Of a stretch of DNA of 19,548 nt, positions 17,294 to 19,548 are shown in pieces (positions within the stretch are counted from its first letter, which is position 1; each line of letters starts with the position of its first letter). This DNA is from Candidatus Geohabitans tengchongensis (GTDB lineage Bacteria > Sysuimicrobiota > Sysuimicrobiia > Sysuimicrobiales > Humicultoraceae). Location: assembly GCA_031459625.1 (NCBI GenBank), contig JAVKIH010000004.1:90885-110432 (forward strand), given 5' to 3'. The notes under the pieces are model-generated. The model was not told the origin of the DNA and searched no databases. It was given only the letters and a program-made list of their open reading frames with translations. Position numbers and translations under genes: made by a program.

Positions 17294-17328
17294 CGAACGC
17301 TTGTTCGTATTTCGTTTTCTCCTACAAT
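17294..17328 (+). promoter_or_regulatory. CGAAC-N4-GTTCG palindrome (LexA/Cheo-box-like) overlapping a TTGTTC-16-TACAAT promoter-like element; could alternatively be the tRNA terminator hairpin
   Basis: CGAAC GCTT GTTCG at 17294-17307; TTGTTC at 17301-17306; TACAAT at 17323-17328; T-rich tract follows the palindrome. Confidence 0.4.
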
Positions 17329-17436
17329 TCGAGCTCGCCGCAGTAACATTTAACAGTCTAGGGAACCCCTGATTTGTGGTTGTACCTTGAGAAAACGAGT
17401 TACGCCAAGACGCTTCCCCTGGCATAACTGCCGAGC

Positions 17437-17571
17437 GTGACGAACCTCCGCCTCGGCGCCGCGAAGTACAGCAAGCTGCGCTGGGATGTTGTCCTGCTCG
17501 ACGCGCACCTCCCAAATCTGCCTGGAAGGCGCGCGACACTCCGCGACTGGTCCGCTGCTTTCTGGCCTTAG
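17437..17571 (+). pseudogene. Possible decayed response-regulator receiver-domain fragment
   Basis: Short frame reads KYSKLRWDVVLLDAHLPNLPGRRATLR, resembling receiver beta3 (PDVVLLDxxLPxxxG); bounded by in-frame stops. Confidence 0.3.
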
Positions 17572-17873
17572 TGCGATTTCGCCATTGACTGCCTCAAGAT
17601 CGTGCGGTCCCGATCCACCTTATCCGGGATGGGCGGCAAGGCGGCGTTGAAAGCCCGCGGCCAGATCGCAGTCATCCCTCAAGGGCGGCGCGGGAAAGAA
17701 CTTCACGCTGGGCATTCCCTTCCACATCGTCAGTGACCGGCGACTGGCGGATTTGAACTGAGATAGGCATCACGCCGCTCCGGGGCCTTCGCTCAGCGAA
17801 GGTAGGCTCCGCACGCAGGCCTCTCCTTGGACGCTGCCGCGAGCCGGCTGGAATAGTCAGTAGCTTCCTGCCG

Positions 17874-17899
17874 TACATACATCAGAAATGTCGTATGTA
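17874..17899. promoter_or_regulatory. Inverted repeat TACATAC-N12-GTATGTA, candidate transcription-factor operator
   Basis: AT-rich 7-bp perfect arms ending 25 nt before the ATG at 17925. Confidence 0.45.
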
Positions 17900-17924
17900 A
17901 CTCCTTACCAGAGAGGGGCGTACT

Positions 17925-19319
17925 ATGGTTCAGGCCGGAGACGCGAGAGTTTCCGAGGGTGCCCCGCGAATCGTCCCCCCGGACCTGCCCATCCTGATTG
18001 GCTTCGCCCATGAGATCCTCCCCGTCCTGATCGTGCTCTGGGTGGCCCTGGCGGTGGCCTGGGCGTTGACCGGGCGCGAGTACACGGTCCCGATGGCGAT
18101 TTGGGCCACGGTGACTACTCTCATGCTCTGGCCGGTCGGCCACCGTCTGGGTCGCCGGTATCTCAGCTATCGTCCCGCCCTCTTCATCCTGGGCGTGCTG
18201 AGCATGGCCTACATTCCGTTCGTGGGCTTTGTGCTACAGTCAAACCTCCCCTATGCGGCCAAGCTCGTGCTGTGGCTACTCCTGCCCCTGGATCTCACGA
18301 TCTTCGCCATCCTGCCCAGCCTACACCAGGGAATCGGCCAGCCCATCCGGATGTTCTTCCGTCCCGACCTCCTCTTCGGGGACGGCCGGGTGCTCTGCTG
18401 CGGCATCATCGTCACCGTGTTGGGACTCCGCTACATGCTCGGCCCTCATCCACCGGCCGGCATCCCCATTGCCATCCCCAAGTGGGACTGGTGGGGGATT
18501 GCCTACGCCATGGCCGCCGGGTTCGTGCCAATCATCCCGCTTCGTGGAATGAACAAGTTGCTGGCCCGGATGAATCGCCTGATCACCGGGCGCTGGGGCG
18601 GGTGGGACGGCATCCTCTTCAAGGAAGGGCTCCTCATCCTCGCTGCGCTCTCCATCGGGTGGGGCTTCCACCACGTCTTCAAGGGCGCGGCCCCGTTCAC
18701 GGCGGCCAGCTGGCACGAGATCCACGAGGCCCTGGAGGCCGGGCACCATCCGCTGGGCTGGCTGTTGCTCACGCTCGGTGCGCTGTGGCTGGTCGTTGTC
18801 CGCGGCGGCTACAAGCGGGCCATCGGCGAGCCGTTCATCAAAGAGACCCGACGGCAGACCTGGATCAAGGAGGTCCTCTTCGTCGTCGGGTTCCTGCCGC
18901 TGTTTCTTGGCTTCATGCTCCTCATCGAGGGGGACTTCGGGACCTGGAACCCGTGGCCGCAGTGGCTGGTGGGGCTCCTGTTCTTCCTGTGGGGGCTGGC
19001 CGTACTGCTCCCCTTCCGGGTGGTGGCCCAGGTGAACCAGCGCCGGGCGATCGTCCAGCAGATGGCGGCGGTGGTGCTGCCGGCGCACCCGCCGGAGGTA
19101 CGTCGGCGCGTGCTGCTCCAGATTCTCCCGGGACTCGCCACCCTCCCGGAGGAGCAGTGTGTGACATACATGCGGGCGATGCAGCAAGCCCTTGATGAGG
19201 CACCTGAGCAGACCCGTCAGGTGATGGCCGAGGATCGGCTCTGGTGCATGGCCCAACTCCCAGGTGAGGTCCGCCGGACGTTGATGCGCCGGATGGATCT
19301 AGCGCTGGCACGGACCTAA
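17925..19319 (+). CDS. Uncharacterised polytopic membrane protein with C-terminal helical-repeat domain, 464 aa
   Basis: SD-like AGAGGGG; roughly 11-12 hydrophobic segments; soluble C-terminal 19-aa repeats; no family recognised. Confidence 0.8.
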   Translation: MVQAGDARVSEGAPRIVPPDLPILIGFAHEILPVLIVLWVALAVAWALTGREYTVPMAIWATVTTLMLWPVGHRLGRRYLSYRPALFILGVLSMAYIPFVGFVLQSNLPYAAKLVLWLLLPLDLTIFAILPSLHQGIGQPIRMFFRPDLLFGDGRVLCCGIIVTVLGLRYMLGPHPPAGIPIAIPKWDWWGIAYAMAAGFVPIIPLRGMNKLLARMNRLITGRWGGWDGILFKEGLLILAALSIGWGFHHVFKGAAPFTAASWHEIHEALEAGHHPLGWLLLTLGALWLVVVRGGYKRAIGEPFIKETRRQTWIKEVLFVVGFLPLFLGFMLLIEGDFGTWNPWPQWLVGLLFFLWGLAVLLPFRVVAQVNQRRAIVQQMAAVVLPAHPPEVRRRVLLQILPGLATLPEEQCVTYMRAMQQALDEAPEQTRQVMAEDRLWCMAQLPGEVRRTLMRRMDLALART

Positions 19320-19344
19320 GGTCGTGCGAAAGGAGGTGACGCCA

Positions 19345-19548
19345 ATGGTCGGCATCGGTTTTCTAGCGTTCCTCACACTGCTGGGCATCGGCACTGTCGT
19401 GGTTGCCGCCAAGATCGTGATCGGTGCCGCACCCGGCGGGCCGCGGAGCGCCGCGGAGGTCGCGACGGATCTAGTCTTTGGCTGGGTCGGCGGGTGGCTG
19501 GGCTCGCCCGTCTTCGGGCACTGGTTTGAGAACGTGCGCTACCAGGAG
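19345..19548 (+). CDS. Small membrane protein, GlsB/YeaQ/YmgE (transglycosylase-associated)-like; runs off the window
   Basis: SD AGGAGGTGA (19331-19339); open to the window end: MVGIGFLAFLTLLGIG...LVFGWVGGWLGSPVFGHWFENVRYQE; missing from the ORF track because it has no stop in the window. Confidence 0.65.
   Translation, partial: MVGIGFLAFLTLLGIGTVVVAAKIVIGAAPGGPRSAAEVATDLVFGWVGGWLGSPVFGHWFENVRYQE

Noticed and set aside
17293..17924. Integrase, transposase or second att copy after tRNA-Leu
   Set aside because: No ORF of adequate length, no recombinase motifs and no duplicated tRNA 3' end in the window

Overview
High-GC bacterial chromosome window, with all supported genes on the + strand. 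It holds the 3' end of a complex I operon (nuoM partial, nuoN) and a complete Thermus-like V/A-type ATP synthase operon (G-I-K-E-C-F-A-B-D). These are followed by a DUF881 gene, a small basic protein (Sbp/DUF1290) gene, gap-pgk-tpiA-secG and tRNA-Leu(GAG). The main oddity is a 526-aa intein (9521-11098) in the non-catalytic B subunit rather than the A subunit. It ends Ser-Asn (no penultimate His), its second LAGLIDADG motif has Asn at the catalytic Asp position, and it carries an extra HTH-like segment. Right after the tRNA's CCA the composition becomes more AT-rich, suggesting the edge of an accessory island. That region has a CGAAC-N4-GTTCG (LexA-box-like) palindrome over a promoter-like element, a possible decayed response-regulator fragment and an operator-like inverted repeat. 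It then encodes an unassigned 464-aa polytopic membrane protein (internal repeats, CC and His clusters, 4 x 19-aa C-terminal repeats) and a truncated GlsB/YeaQ/YmgE-like membrane protein. All calls come from reading motifs; no database searches were run.
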